A DNA stretch of 64,000 nt from an uncultured Phycisphaerales bacterium (lineage in GTDB: Bacteria; Planctomycetota; Phycisphaerae; Tepidisphaerales; Tepidisphaeraceae): positions 320,305-384,304 of the forward strand of contig CAWJPJ010000005.1 of NCBI GenBank assembly GCA_963844715.1, given 5' to 3'. The position numbers and the translations under genes were made by a program. Positions 21,368-35,532 of this stretch are shown in pieces. The notes beneath the pieces were generated by a model. That model saw nothing but the letters and a program-made list of their open reading frames with translations, searched no databases and was not told the DNA's origin. How positions within the stretch are numbered: position 1 is the stretch's first letter; every line of letters starts with the position of its first letter.

Positions 21368-23658
21368 ATGTACAAGATTCGGCAATTCAAAACGGCGCTC
21401 TACCTGCTGCTGCTGCTGGGGGTGACGGGCTTTGCCATCGCCAGCGAATCGCCCGGGCTCTGGCTCCTGACGGCCGGGGGCATTTTGCTGAACGCCTGGC
21501 TGGTGAAAAGCGGGCGTTTCGTTCCCATGCCGCGGCTGCTCGCCAACGCGGTCACTCTCTTTGCGTCCGCCGCGGTCGCGATGGAGATTTACCAGGGGGA
21601 CACCGCGCCGATTTTGACGATCGGCCAGTTCCTCGCCTTGCTGCATGTCGTGAAGCTTTTCGAGCAGCGGTCGAATCGAGACTATGCCCAGCTTCTGGTC
21701 CTCAGCCTCCTGATGATGGTCGCCGGCGCGATCAGCACGGCGAGCCTGCTGTTTGGAATGATCTTCACGGCATATCTGTTCCTGTCGCTTTATTGCTGTC
21801 TGCTCTTTCACCTGAAAGTGGAGGCGGATTACGCGCACCTGGAGTTTGGAATTACCGACCGCAGCGCCGATGCGGCGACTCTGCTGCAGGACGAGCATTA
21901 TCTTTCCCGGTCAATGCGCCGCCTGACGGGTTTGATCGCGGCGGCGGCGGTGATTATGGCGGTCGCGGTCTTCCTGTTATTCCCGCGCGGCGGCGCGATC
22001 ATGTTCGCCGGGATGCCGTTCCGCGCCAACGAGGCGATGACCGGCTTCAGTGACGAGGTGAGCTTTCAAAAAGTCGCACAGATCGCCGAAAACAACGAAG
22101 TCATCGCCCGCGTGGAATTATTCGACAACGATCAGCCCATCACACACCCCAGCGGCGCCATTTATCTGCGCGGCTCGGCGCTGGACACGTACAGCGGGCG
22201 CGATTTCACGCGCGGCGGGCGATGGACATGGACGCGCGGGCCGCGAATAACATCCGAGGGGGACGAGGATCGGCATGAGGTCAGTCCGGGCCAGCCCACG
22301 GTTTTGAATGATTCCCTGGGCCCCGGACCCATCAAACAAAAGATTACGCTCGATCCGACGGGGACGCGCGGCTCTTCGCGCTGGCGGGATTGGTGGACAT
22401 CAGTTCCCCGACAAATCTTGGCATTCGCTATGCCCGGCACGATGGGATAGTGGAATCGGTTGAACCGCTGAGACGGCCGATTCAGTACACCGTGAGCTGC
22501 ACCGGCGCGCTGCCCCAGGGGCTGGACATCAACTCCCGGGGGACCGACGCATGGCGGCTTTCGAATATCGACCCGGAGGTGAGCGCCTTCGCACACCGTC
22601 CGGAGGTGTGCGGGGTAGATGCCCAGGGCCGCCCGCTGGCGGTCCATCCGCTGTCGGGCGATCATTCCTATGATGGGCAGATCGCCGTCAATATCCAGGA
22701 ATATTTGCGCAATAATTTTAAATACACGCTGGATCTGACCGACGCCGGGACCCTGGGGGATCGCGACCCGATCGCGGCGTTTCTCACTGATTTCAAAAAA
22801 GGACACTGCGAGTATTTCGCCGGCGCGATGACCCTGATGTGCCAGAGTCTTCAGATTCCGGCCAGGCTGATGGTCGGGTTCCGATGCGACCCGGATGAGT
22901 TCAATTCGCTTGGGAATTATTATCCCGTGAAACAATCGGATGCCCACGCCTGGTGCGAGGTGCTCACCAACGACGGATGGGAATCCTTCGATCCCACAAG
23001 CAGTTCGCTGGCGGACACCGCGCGCCGCTCCACTCTGCTGACCAAATTGGGAAAGTTCTACGATTTCCTGGAATTCAAATGGGCAAGTTCGGTTGTGGCG
23101 TATGACCGTGATCAGCGCGAGAATTTCATCGAGAACTTGAATTTGAATATCACCCGCACCGCGGTCTCAAGCACGCAGAACATGGGGCAGTGGCCGAAAA
23201 AATTGGACCACTGGTGGGAGCAGATTCGAGTGTCCCTGCTGGACGCGACGATTATCCTCGTGATTTTGTGCGGATTCGCTTCGGTGATCGGGTATCTGAT
23301 CGAGCGAATGAAAATGCAGCGGCGGGCCCGCCGGATCGGACTGGACGCGCTGCCGCCGGCGCAGCGGGCCAAGCTGGTGCGGCAACTGGCGTTTTATGAT
23401 GAACTGGTCCGCGTGCTGGACCGGCACAATCTGGTGCGCCCGGAGCATCTGACGCCCCTGGAATTCTGCCGATCCCTGAGCTTTCTTCCCAACGTCATAT
23501 ACGATGACATCTACCGGCTGACACAGGTCTTCTATCGCGTGCGCTATGGCGGGGCCGAATTGAACTCGCACCGGCAGCAGCATCTTTCCGCGGCGGTGGC
23601 GCGGGTCGAATCGGCGATGGCCTCAGCGCCCCGGCGGCGGGCCATTGGCGCACCATGA
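21368..23658 (+). CDS. TgpA-like membrane transglutaminase-domain protein (DUF3488; apparent frameshift near 22375)
   Basis: N-terminal TM helices; GHCEYFA, AHAWCE, FDPT catalytic triad motifs. Confidence 0.88.
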
Positions 23659-24917
23659 ACGCGATCATCCTTTCCATCGGCGATGAATTGGTGTTGGGCC
23701 AGACCGTGGATACCAATTCCGCATGGCTGAGCCAGCGGCTGGCGGCCCTGGGGTTTGCGGTGATCGCGCATGTGACGGTCGCCGACGATCAGGGCGCAAT
23801 CGAGACGGCGATTGGGCGCGCCGGGGCGGCGTGTGACGTCCTGCTTATCAACGGCGGGCTCGGGCCGACGGCGGACGATCTGACCCGCCAGGCCGTCGCG
23901 GCGGCGATCAATCAGCCGCTGGAATTGAACGCCGACTGGCTGATTCGCCTCGAGGGGTTTTTCAAGCGGCGCGGGCGGACCATGCCGGAAATGAATCGCG
24001 TGCAGGCAATGATTCCGCGCGGTGCGACGATGATCGAGAACAACGCGGGCACGGCGCCGGGCATCGAGGCCGAGATTGTCGCAGCGGAAAAGAAATGCCG
24101 TGTCTTTGTCATGCCCGGCGTGCCTAAGGAAATGAAGCTGATGTTCGACTCCTTCGTGGGCCCGAAACTCGCGGGGCACCGGGATCACGGGGTGATCCTG
24201 TCGCGGACGCTGCATACGTTCGGGCTGGGGGAGAGCATGATCGCTGAAAAGCTCGGCGGTCTGATGGATCGAGACCGCAATCCATCCGTGGGTACCACGG
24301 TTTCGGGAGGCGTTGTATCGCTTCGGATCAATGCGCGATTCGAAACCGCGGCGCGAGCGCGGGAAGAGTTGGATCGGGTTTCCGCTTTATGCCGGGAGGC
24401 GCTGGGGGATTTGATCTACGGGGAGGATGACCAGACCCTTCAGGAAGTGGTGGGGAAGTTGCTGCGTGAAAAAGGAGTGCGGGTGAGCACCGCCGAGAGC
24501 TGCACTGGCGGGCTGGTGGCGAAAATGTTGACGGATGTGCCGGGGTCGAGCGGTTATTTTTCTCGCGGGTGGATTACCTATAGCAATAAAGCCAAGCGCG
24601 ACATGCTGGGAGTCGGGGCGGATATTCTTGCGGATTACGGCGCGGTGAGCGGCGCGACGGCGATGACCATGGCCGACGGCGCCCGGAAGAACGGCGGGGC
24701 GGATATCGCGCTTTCGATCACGGGAATCGCCGGGCCCGACGGCGGGACGCCGGAGAAACCGGTCGGGCTGGTTTACATCGGGCTGGCGCATGCCGGAGGG
24801 ACGACGGCGCGGGAATTCAACTTCCCCGGCGACCGCGAAATGGTGCGCGATCGCGCCGCCAAAATGGCGCTGATGATGCTTCGCTTCCATCTCCTGGGCG
24901 CGCGGATGCCATTCTGA
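23655..24917 (+). CDS. cinA: CinA family protein (MocF domain + NMN deamidase)
   Basis: IGDEL, DTNSAWL, GGLGPTADD, AESCTGG, SITGIAGP motifs. Confidence 0.93.
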   Translation: MNAIILSIGDELVLGQTVDTNSAWLSQRLAALGFAVIAHVTVADDQGAIETAIGRAGAACDVLLINGGLGPTADDLTRQAVAAAINQPLELNADWLIRLEGFFKRRGRTMPEMNRVQAMIPRGATMIENNAGTAPGIEAEIVAAEKKCRVFVMPGVPKEMKLMFDSFVGPKLAGHRDHGVILSRTLHTFGLGESMIAEKLGGLMDRDRNPSVGTTVSGGVVSLRINARFETAARAREELDRVSALCREALGDLIYGEDDQTLQEVVGKLLREKGVRVSTAESCTGGLVAKMLTDVPGSSGYFSRGWITYSNKAKRDMLGVGADILADYGAVSGATAMTMADGARKNGGADIALSITGIAGPDGGTPEKPVGLVYIGLAHAGGTTAREFNFPGDREMVRDRAAKMALMMLRFHLLGARMPF

Positions 24918-26416
24918 TGAGCGCGCCGATGCCAGCCAGTTCGACCGTCAAGTCCCGACGCCTCTCGGGGCTGCTGCCGGCGGCGATATCCATCCTCGTG
25001 GTCTTGTGGCAAATCAACTGCCAGTTTCGAGTCGATCCCAACCGGCTGCGCTATCCGATGCGGGCCAGCATTGGCCTGTATCCGGAACTCATCGCCGAGG
25101 TTTGGCCCTTTTACTATTACGGGGTCTTTCCGGTCTGTACCCCCGCTTCCGCGCCCGAATCGAAACCGCAAGCCGACGAGTTCATCGCCCATCGCGGCGA
25201 TCTGCTGGCGATGGATTTGAATCTTCCCTGCAGCATGGTTCGGCACGGAGATTTCGGAAGATTGTGGCTGCTCGTTCCCTCAGTCTGGCTCAGCGGCGAT
25301 CCGCTGCGGCCGTCGGTGGTGCGAGTGGACGAAACGCTCTTTATTTTGGCGTTGCTTGCGGTTCTTTGGGCCTTCTGGCGCGAAGGGATGTTTTTGCAGG
25401 GGCTTTTGATCGTGCTGTTCGTCGGGTCCGATCCCTTCCAACAGGAGCAACTGGCGCAGGAAAATATCTTTTCCCTCCCCATCACATTCGCGCTCTTTGC
25501 GCTGGCCGGGAATCTCCCGCTGATCACGGGCCGCATCGGCGTCCGGAAACTCGCCTGGCTCATCGCTGGCTTGAGCGGAATTCTCCTGGCGACCGTGCGC
25601 GATATTCGCGCCGAAGCCGCGATGGCGGTCCTCACGCTGCCTTTGATTTATTTGACGATTCCCGGAGTTCGGTGGCCTCGGCGTCTCGCCTTGGTAGCCG
25701 TGCTTGTCGGCGGCTATTTGGCGACCACGATCTCCTGGAACGCATTTTGGACCCACAAGGTCGACGAGGCCCGCGCCTGGGTCGCCGAGCGCGGCGGACA
25801 TCCGTACAACGGATTTCGGACCAGTCATCACACCCTCTGGCATGTAATTTGGGAAGGTTTGGGAGATTTCGACACACGGTTTGGTTATGCCTGGGATGAT
25901 CGAAAGGCATTCGCCTATGCCGCGCCGATTCTTCGCAGCCGATTTGGGCTGAACATGACCTACACCGAAGGATACCATTCGGACCAAAAATATCCGGACG
26001 GGTATTACTTTATCAGCCTGGAAGATTTGCCCCAGTATACGGCCACCATGCGGCAAAAAGTTCTGCATGACGTAACGCATCATCCGGCGTGGTATTTGAC
26101 GATTCTGCTCCAGCGCGCCTGGGCCACGCTGAGTCACGCCGTCCCGGTCACGTTGGAGTTGGGCCCGCTAATCCTCGGCGATCCCTATCTGGTTTATGTG
26201 GCGCCATTGGCCTGGTGTCTGCTGCTCTGGCGTCGAAAATGGACCGAGCTGAAAATCATTTTTGTGTCGCTCAGCACGAGCTTCACGTCCCTGTTCGTCT
26301 ATAGCGGGCAAGGGACAACCTACTGGGGGATTTTCCATCTGGTGACCATGGCCGTCCTGGCCGCCTGGGGTTGGAGTTGGTGGGTGCGGCGGCGGGCCAA
26401 ACTGGCCAGGGCATGA
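24917..26416 (+). CDS. Hypothetical polytopic membrane protein (possible GT-C-like glycosyltransferase)
   Basis: 499 aa ORF with many hydrophobic segments and a large soluble loop; function is a guess. Confidence 0.6.
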   Translation: MSAPMPASSTVKSRRLSGLLPAAISILVVLWQINCQFRVDPNRLRYPMRASIGLYPELIAEVWPFYYYGVFPVCTPASAPESKPQADEFIAHRGDLLAMDLNLPCSMVRHGDFGRLWLLVPSVWLSGDPLRPSVVRVDETLFILALLAVLWAFWREGMFLQGLLIVLFVGSDPFQQEQLAQENIFSLPITFALFALAGNLPLITGRIGVRKLAWLIAGLSGILLATVRDIRAEAAMAVLTLPLIYLTIPGVRWPRRLALVAVLVGGYLATTISWNAFWTHKVDEARAWVAERGGHPYNGFRTSHHTLWHVIWEGLGDFDTRFGYAWDDRKAFAYAAPILRSRFGLNMTYTEGYHSDQKYPDGYYFISLEDLPQYTATMRQKVLHDVTHHPAWYLTILLQRAWATLSHAVPVTLELGPLILGDPYLVYVAPLAWCLLLWRRKWTELKIIFVSLSTSFTSLFVYSGQGTTYWGIFHLVTMAVLAAWGWSWWVRRRAKLARA

Positions 26417-28437
<2,021 letters not shown>

Positions 28438-29060
28438 GGGGCGGATGTCAGTTCAATTTCCCAACCGCGCCGTCAAGGTCTGTTTTCTGGGCGTGGGGGT
28501 ATCTCTGGCGCTGTTGATCGCGCTCTGGTGCGTCTGGGCAGGGATCGCCCAGCGCCGGCTGGCCCGCGAAATCGAAGAGGTGCATGCCAGAAACGAGCCG
28601 CTGGAGATGAGCGATTTCGATACAGAGGGAATTCCAGACTCGCAGAACGCCGCGAAGTATTACGTTGCGGCCTACGACGCGATGAACCAATACGTTTATT
28701 CCCCGGGGAACGCGCCCGATATTTACGTGCCCCTCTCCCCGGCCTGGCTGCAATTGGCAGACGCAGCCGTAGCGGCCAACCCAAAGACGCTGGCGCTGTT
28801 GCGCCGCGCACGGCAGTTCAACCAGTCTGATTGGGGATTTCGGCAATTGTTCGCCACACATGCTTTATTGGGCAACAACAGTTTGAACGCGACCCGCGCG
28901 ATGACGAATCTCGTGGCGGACGCATCGCTCCAGGCGCATGCGCACGGTGACGACCGCGAGGCCTTGGAACGCGTTGAAGATACGCTGCATTTGGCCGAAT
29001 CCGTGGGTGCCGAGCCTTCGTTGATTACCAGGCTCGTCGCGATCGGCGAGTTCTCCCTAG

Positions 29061-30434
29061 CAGGACGCTGAAAAACCCTCTTGACGAATGTTCTCGGTGG
29101 CGCTGAACTGTGTGACACCCAGACACGGAGGTCATTCATGCGAGGCAAGGCCGATCCCCAATCCATTTTGTTCATCGCGGCCATCGATCTGGAACAACGC
29201 GTCCGTCCTGATCATCCGCTGCGGGCCGTGAAGCGCATGGTCGATGAAGACTTGAAGGCCATGAGTCGGCGTTTTGATGCCGCCTACGCGGCCGAAGGCC
29301 GGCCCAGCGTGCCGCCGGAGCGGCTGATCAAGGCGTTGCTTTTGCAATCGATCTATTCGATTCGCTCCGAGGCGCAGCTCGTGGAACGGATTGATCACGA
29401 CCTGCTGTTCCGTTGGTTTTTGGACCTGCGGATCGACGAAGAGGTATTCGACGCCACCGTCTTCTCGCACAATCGCGGGCGGCTCGAAGAGCACGGGCTG
29501 ATCGGCGCGTTTTTCGACGGCACGGTGCGTCGGGCCATCGCCGCGGGACTGGTCAGCCCCGACCACTTCTCGGTGGATGGCTCGCTGATCGAGGCGTATG
29601 CGTCGATCAAGAGCTTCAAACCCAGGGATGAAAAGGACAAAAAAGACAATGATGCGGGAGATAACAACGGTTTTAAGGGCCGCAACGCCGAGGTGGACTT
29701 CCACGGCCAGAAGCGGTCCAACGACACCCACGAATCAACCACCGATTCCGACGCGAAGCTGGTCCGCAAGAGCGACGGCAAGCCGGCGTTGCTCAGCCAT
29801 GCGCTGCACGCGATCGTGGAGAACCGCCACGGGCTGGTGCTGGCGGTGGAAGTCAACTCGCCGCTGGAGAACAGCGAGCCGGTCACCGCGTTGTCGCTGA
29901 TCGATCGGGTCAAGAAACGTTTTGGGCTCAAACCCAAGACGGTTGGGGCCGACAAGGGGTACGACCAGGGTCCGCTGTTGCGTGGGCTGGAGCGAAGAAG
30001 AATCCGTCCGCACGTGGCGGTGAAGGAGGGCAAGATCGGCGGCGACACCGCCGCCTATCGCTGGAAGAACCGAGCCAACATCGCGGCCCGCCAGCGGATG
30101 CGTCGGCGCGCAAGACCCTCGGTTACGCCATCAGCCAGCGTTGCCGCAAGAAGATCGAGGAATGGATCGGCTGGGCCAAGACGATCGGCGGCCTGTATCG
30201 CACCCGGTTGATCGGACATTCAAAAACCGGCCAGCAGGCCCACCTGGCCGGGGCGGCGTTCAATCTGATCCGGATGCGCAACCTGAGTACCGTGTGAAAC
30301 TCAACCTGGGCATGCAATCCGCCAACGAACTCGAACGAACTGAAGCCCTTGGAACGATCCGAGATGGAACCCGCCATTGAAAAGCGGCCAACAGACAGGA
30401 AAATGCGCCAACTCCCGAGTTTTTCAGCGTCCTG
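29061..30434 (+). mobile_element. Complete IS5-family insertion sequence, 1374 bp
   Basis: Perfect 16-bp terminal IRs CAGGACGCTGAAAAAC (29061-29076, 30419-30434) flanked by duplicated CTAG. Confidence 0.95.
29138..30297 (+). CDS. IS5-family DDE transposase (apparent frameshift near 30115)
   Basis: DHPLR, GRPSVPPE, FSVDGSLI, GADKGYD, RKKIEE, AFNLIRM motifs; GGAGG RBS. Confidence 0.92.
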
Positions 30435-31206
30435 CTAGCGATAGACCGGCTCGCCTTACTCGCGCCTCAACTGAAAATTGAGCGTCCGGCAAACCCTTCG
30501 CCCCGCGCGGCGACGCGATCTCAAATAACTCACTTGATCGGCGAACTTCTGAACGATGGGCGGGAACGCCAATACATTGCCGATACCGTTCTCTTCGAGG
30601 GGGCCAGGGTATACAAAGACGGGCTCGATCTTGGAAAAGCTCAGGTGACGTTGCAGCCCCTGTTCGAATTGCGGGCCGCGCATGCGACTTGAATATCGCA
30701 GCATAGATTTGCTTGCCGCCGCGGCGACAAATTTCCCGGCGGCGCGGCGCGCGTTGCAGTCTCTTCCTTCACAAAAGTTTGCGTCGATTAATGACTCAGA
30801 TTTCGCCGATGGTTTTGGTCTGGTCGATTTCTGGGAACCGGCGCGCTATTTTGAAATCGAGTGGCGGACGCTCGTGCAGCGCCGACTGGTGGCCACGTCT
30901 CTTGCGGCGCAATTGTTTCGACTTGATCATAGCCACTGGCCGCAAACATTGGGTGAACTGGTGCCCGATTACCTGCCGTCGGTTCCGATTGATGCGATAC
31001 AGGGGGACGACATGCCGCTGGGTTACTGGCTGATCCCCGCCTCTTCAGCCGGCCCGGAGCGACCGATCATCTACATGGGATCGCCCCGCTTTAACCATAC
31101 GCCACCGCCAACGGCATCTTACGAGATCGAAATGCAGGGGTTTCAGTGGCTCGATATCTCTAAATACGCGCCGAACCCACCCGCCACGACAACCGCCCAA
31201 AGCCCA

Positions 31207-32120
31207 TCATCGAAATAAGCTCGTGATCGCGATTCGAACAAATCCCGCCGCGCCAGGCAGGATCACCAACGCCATCACGCCCGCCATAATCCATCCCAGG
31301 GGGATAACAAAAACGGCAAGCAAACACCGGGGAAACGAAGGCGGCGGGGTTTTATAAAAGATTACCAGCGTGTTGGCATAGTAAAGCAGGAAAAAAGGCA
31401 AAACCCCAAAAAGCAACAGGGAAATTGGGAAGGGAGTAAGGTCGAAATAAAACTTGCCCTGATAATGGTCGTGCGCCGAGACAACCCAAAAAGCGAAGGT
31501 AGCCAGCGTCGGCAAAAACACCCATGCGAGCGGCGCACAGGCGATCATCCCGAGGGTATGATCGCGAGATCGCAACTCCGTGCTCGCGTTGCGTCGCGGA
31601 ATGGGAGCAACGAAAAATGCGTGCCCAAATCGAGCCAGATGTAAAGGCAGATCGGGAGAACAATCGCCATGGTTGCGCCCGCCGACCAGAGCACGACGAA
31701 TTGCCAGGACGGATCGCTCAAAAGGACACTGCGATTCACGTAATCAACGGAGATCTGATTCGGGAAATCAGTCTGCCAGTTATAGACCATGAATCCTATG
31801 TACGGGCCTGCGACGGCGAGCCATGCGAGAAACAGGACTAGCCGATGAAACCCGCGAACCGAGCGAGGTTCCAGCGCAGTATTAAATGCCGCAACCAATT
31901 TGAACGGACGGAACGTGCCCAGAAGAAGTGTTCGAAAGAATGCTCTGAAAAAACCAAGGGACTTACGGTGAATCCAGGGGATCGGCGAATCGAGGGATGT
32001 ATCGATACCGTTGCCGCATTCAGGGCACTTCTCGGCGGCGATCCCGCGCAGGTTGTATCCGCAGTGAATGCAATGCCGGTCGGGTTTCGAGTCTTGCAGC
32101 GTTGTCTCAACATCCCCCAT
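31207..32120 (-). CDS. Hypothetical membrane protein with N-terminal zinc ribbon (apparent frameshift near 31575)
   Basis: CIHCGYNLRG..CPECG followed by TM segments across two frames. Confidence 0.7.
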
Positions 32121-32141
32121 TATCGATCCATTTGGCGACGC

Positions 32142-33500
32142 TTATAGCGCCGCCGTCACCAAACTCGCCAATTCCGATCTCTCGCTCTTCTCCAGCGTAA
32201 TATGCCCCACAATGCCCTTCCCCTTCAATCGCTCCACCAAATACGACAATCCATTGCTGCTGCTATCAAGATAAGGATTATCGATCTGGGTCGCGTCCCC
32301 GGTCAGAACCAGTTTCGTCCCGTCCCCGACCCGGCTGGCGATCGTCTTCACTTCATGCGGGGTCAAATTCTGTGCTTCATCCACGATCATAAACTGATGC
32401 GGAATACTCCGGCCTCGGATGTACGTCAGCGGTTCCAGATTCACCTGCCCGGAATCCATGAGTTGCGTGATGCGCTGCTCGACGGAAGAGAGCGTGGCGT
32501 GAGCAGCGTGATTGCCGGTGGATTCCGCGGTCAGGCGATTCGATAGCAGATAGGAAAGATTGTCAAAAATCGGCTGCATCCACGCCGTGAGTTTCTCGTC
32601 TTTGTCGCCGGGGAGATAGCCGATATCGCGGCCGAGGGGCATGATCGGGCGGGCGCACAAAATCTTGTGATAAATCTCTTCATTGAGCACTTTGGCCAGT
32701 CCCGCGGCAAGTGCCAGCAGGGTTTTCCCCGTGCCGGCGGACCCGATGAGCGACACCAGCTTCACCGAATCGTCCATCAGCAGATCGAGCGCCATGGTTT
32801 GCTGAAGGTTCCTCGGCATGATGCCGAAGATGGGTCCCCGGCGGGCTCGGACTGGAAAAATCGATCCATCCGCGCGGAGCCGCCCGATCGCCGTGTGGTT
32901 CGGGTCGGTCTCATCTTTCAGCAAAACAAATTCGTTGGCGTGCGGGTCCTTGATTTCAAGCTTGACGGATTTTTCGGAAAAGAGGCGGTTGATCAGATCG
33001 GATGGGACCGCCAGCTCGCGCCAGCCTGTGTATAGCGTTTCAAAATCTACTTTTTCGGCTTCGAAATCCTCGGTCAGGATTCCCATCGCGTCGCTTTTGA
33101 TCCGGGCGTTGATGTCCTTGGTGATAAAGACGACGCGCTTGCCTTCCTGGTTGAGGTTGTAGGCGCAGCAGATGATGCGATTGTCGGCGGTGTTTTCCGT
33201 GAGCATCGGGCAGGACGCCTGATCGCTGCCCATAAGGACGCGCAGCCGTCCGCCCCCGCCGTTGAGGCTCACGCCGTCGGCGAGATTTCCCTTTTCCCGC
33301 AGGCCGTCGAGATGGCGGATGACGCTGCGGGCGTTGCGGCCCAGGTCATTGGGATTGGTCTTGAACTTGTCCAGTTCCTCCAGGACATCGAAGGGGATGA
33401 TCACTTCGTTGTCGGCGAAACTGAACAAAGCGCTGGGATTGTGAAGCAGGACGTTGGTATCAAGGACGAAGTATTTGATGTGGCCGTTGGATTTGCTCAA
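32142..33500 (-). CDS. PhoH family protein with N-terminal PIN domain (PhoH2-type)
   Basis: VLDTNVLLH PIN; GSAGTGKT, RGRS, DEAQN, GDxxQID motifs. Confidence 0.93.
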   Translation of the reverse strand: MSKSNGHIKYFVLDTNVLLHNPSALFSFADNEVIIPFDVLEELDKFKTNPNDLGRNARSVIRHLDGLREKGNLADGVSLNGGGGRLRVLMGSDQASCPMLTENTADNRIICCAYNLNQEGKRVVFITKDINARIKSDAMGILTEDFEAEKVDFETLYTGWRELAVPSDLINRLFSEKSVKLEIKDPHANEFVLLKDETDPNHTAIGRLRADGSIFPVRARRGPIFGIMPRNLQQTMALDLLMDDSVKLVSLIGSAGTGKTLLALAAGLAKVLNEEIYHKILCARPIMPLGRDIGYLPGDKDEKLTAWMQPIFDNLSYLLSNRLTAESTGNHAAHATLSSVEQRITQLMDSGQVNLEPLTYIRGRSIPHQFMIVDEAQNLTPHEVKTIASRVGDGTKLVLTGDATQIDNPYLDSSSNGLSYLVERLKGKGIVGHITLEKSERSELASLVTAAL

Positions 33501-33546
33501 GTCTCAACCTCCGTGTTGTCCGCCGCGGGCTTTTGGCTTATCTATT

Positions 33547-34542
33547 ATGTCCACCATGTCGCTTTATGTCTTGAAATTCAAGCCCCATTACTTAGAAAAA
33601 ATGTGGGGAGGGCGCAAAATCGAGACGATTCTGGGCAAGGCCCTCCCCGCGGGGAAGCTGATCGGGGAAAGCTGGGAGATTTACGACTTCCCGCCGGGCG
33701 TGGCGGACGATTCCGGAAACTGGCTCAGCAGCGAGGTCGCCAACGGTCCATTGGCGGGTCGAACTCTTCATGAACTGGTGCGGGAATTCCGCCGGGATTT
33801 GCACGGCGATGTCCCGCTGGTCGGGTCGGCAGGTCAATTTCCGCTTCTGATTAAGTTTTTGGACGCAGCGCAGGATTTGTCGCTGCAAGTGCATCCCGAT
33901 CGGGCATACGCCTTGGCCCATCCCGAAGCGCATCTGAAAAGCGAGGCGTGGTACATCGTCCAAGCCGATCAAGGGTCGCGCCTATTAAAAGATCTTAACA
34001 ATGGCGTCACCAGGGAGATTTTGCACAAAGCGACCCAAATGGGGACGGTCAGTGATTTGATCGGCTCGGTAGAGGCCAAAGCCGGACAATGCTTTTATCT
34101 CCCCAGCGGGACGGTCCACGCGCTGGGGGCGGGGATTCTGGCGGCGGAAGTGCAGACGCCCAGCGATACGACCTACCGCCTGTTCGATTTCAATCGCGTC
34201 GACCCCTCAACCGGCAACCTGCGGAAACTTCACGTCGAGCAGGCGATGGCGTGCATCGACTTCAAGGCCTCGGCGATCCCGCCAACGGACGGGCATGTAA
34301 CCAGCGAGTACTTCCGGATGGCGCCGGTCCGCACGCACGCAGGAGAAAATCCCGCAGCGCCCGCAGGCCCGGCGATCTTGATGATGCTTGAGGGACACGC
34401 ACGCGCGTCAGCCGGACAGCAGACCACCCAATTCTCTAAGGGCGACACGGTTTTGATTCCGGCCTCGGCGACGAATACGAGCATTGAATCCTCCACAGAT
34501 TGTCTGTGGCTACAGGTGACTTTTCCTTCGGCGAGCGCGTAA
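33547..34542 (+). CDS. Type I mannose-6-phosphate isomerase-like cupin
   Basis: WGG, GESWE, FPLLIKFLDA, LSLQVHP, KSEAW, GTVHA, EVQTPSDTTYR motifs. Confidence 0.9.
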   Translation: MSTMSLYVLKFKPHYLEKMWGGRKIETILGKALPAGKLIGESWEIYDFPPGVADDSGNWLSSEVANGPLAGRTLHELVREFRRDLHGDVPLVGSAGQFPLLIKFLDAAQDLSLQVHPDRAYALAHPEAHLKSEAWYIVQADQGSRLLKDLNNGVTREILHKATQMGTVSDLIGSVEAKAGQCFYLPSGTVHALGAGILAAEVQTPSDTTYRLFDFNRVDPSTGNLRKLHVEQAMACIDFKASAIPPTDGHVTSEYFRMAPVRTHAGENPAAPAGPAILMMLEGHARASAGQQTTQFSKGDTVLIPASATNTSIESSTDCLWLQVTFPSASA

Positions 34543-34632
34543 TTATCAGCCCTTGCGCAATACCGCGGGCCGCGGCAAAAACCTGTGGTAGAATCGGTCT
34601 CGACGCCTTTCGGGGACTGAATGACTCGGGCA

Positions 34633-35422
34633 ATGCAGACGAACTGCCCGCACTGCGGGCAAGTCTATTCGATGGAGCCGTGGCAGATCGGCCAGCGCTT
34701 CGCACGTCGCGCGCTGCTCCAAGGAATTTATCGCAGCCGCGCCGCCCGCGCCGATGGCCGTCGGATATGCCACCGCCGGGATGGCCCAACAAAGCACAAG
34801 CGGCATGGCCATCGCCAGCCTGGTATTGGGAATCTTCATCTGTTTGCCATTGGCGAGCGTTCTGGCAGTGATTTTCGGCATCGTCGCCCTGGTTAAGACG
34901 AAGGAACCCGGCGTTGGGGGCCGCGGAATGGCGATCGCCGGAACCGTGCTTGGCGGCCTCGGCTTGCTCATCATGCCCATGATATGGATTCCAGCTTTCA
35001 TCGGGGTGCGCCAGGGGGCGAACCGGGCCAGGTCTGCCGCGAATCTCCGCAATATCGAACAGGCGATTGTTGTCTATGCAAATAATTACAGCGGTGATTA
35101 TCCCCCAGACCTGGGAACGCTTTACAAGGATCGGCAACTCGATCTGCACCTGTTCGTATGCCCGGGCACCGGAAACGCGCCGCCGGTGAGCATGTCGATC
35201 GATCAAGCGGTGCAGTGGGTCAACACCAGCGCGGATTACGTCTATCTAGGCGCGGGAATGAAAAGCCCGGCCCCGTCCGGCGCTCTGGTGATCTACGAGA
35301 AGGACGGAAATCATCCCCGGGGAGATAACGTTCTCTATGGAGACGGGCGAGTGATGTTCCTGCCCGTCGCGGCGGTGCATCAGCTCATCGCGCAAAACAA
35401 TTACTACGGCACATCGCCCTAA
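34633..35422 (+). CDS. Zinc-ribbon + DUF4190 membrane protein with H-X9-DG-like C-terminus (apparent frameshift near 34710-34750)
   Basis: CPHC, SGMAIASLVLGI, GRGMAIAG, HPRGDNVLYGDG. Confidence 0.78.
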
Positions 35423-35532
35423 ATAGCAGCCCGCGATTCAGCGACATCCTCGCTCCCCGGGTTTAGCGGCCCCGCTTGCGGGGCGTGTCCTTCGATGTGC
35501 CGGAATCATGGTCCCCCCATTTAGCGATTTGC

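Larger units (their letters stand above)
28445..31218 (+). pseudogene. Hypothetical membrane-anchored protein interrupted by the IS5-family element
   Basis: Removing the IS and one CTAG restores the frame (GEFSL-AIDRLALLAPQLK...); C-terminus has a WPxxLxxLVPDYLPSVPxD motif. Confidence 0.8.

Noticed and set aside
19109..23658. MoxR-DUF58-transglutaminase cluster as a novel system
   Set aside because: This is a well-known conserved arrangement.
35469..35484. GC hairpin gccccgcttgcggggc between convergent genes
   Set aside because: It is short, appears single-copy here and has no U-tract; it cannot be assigned as a terminator or REP.
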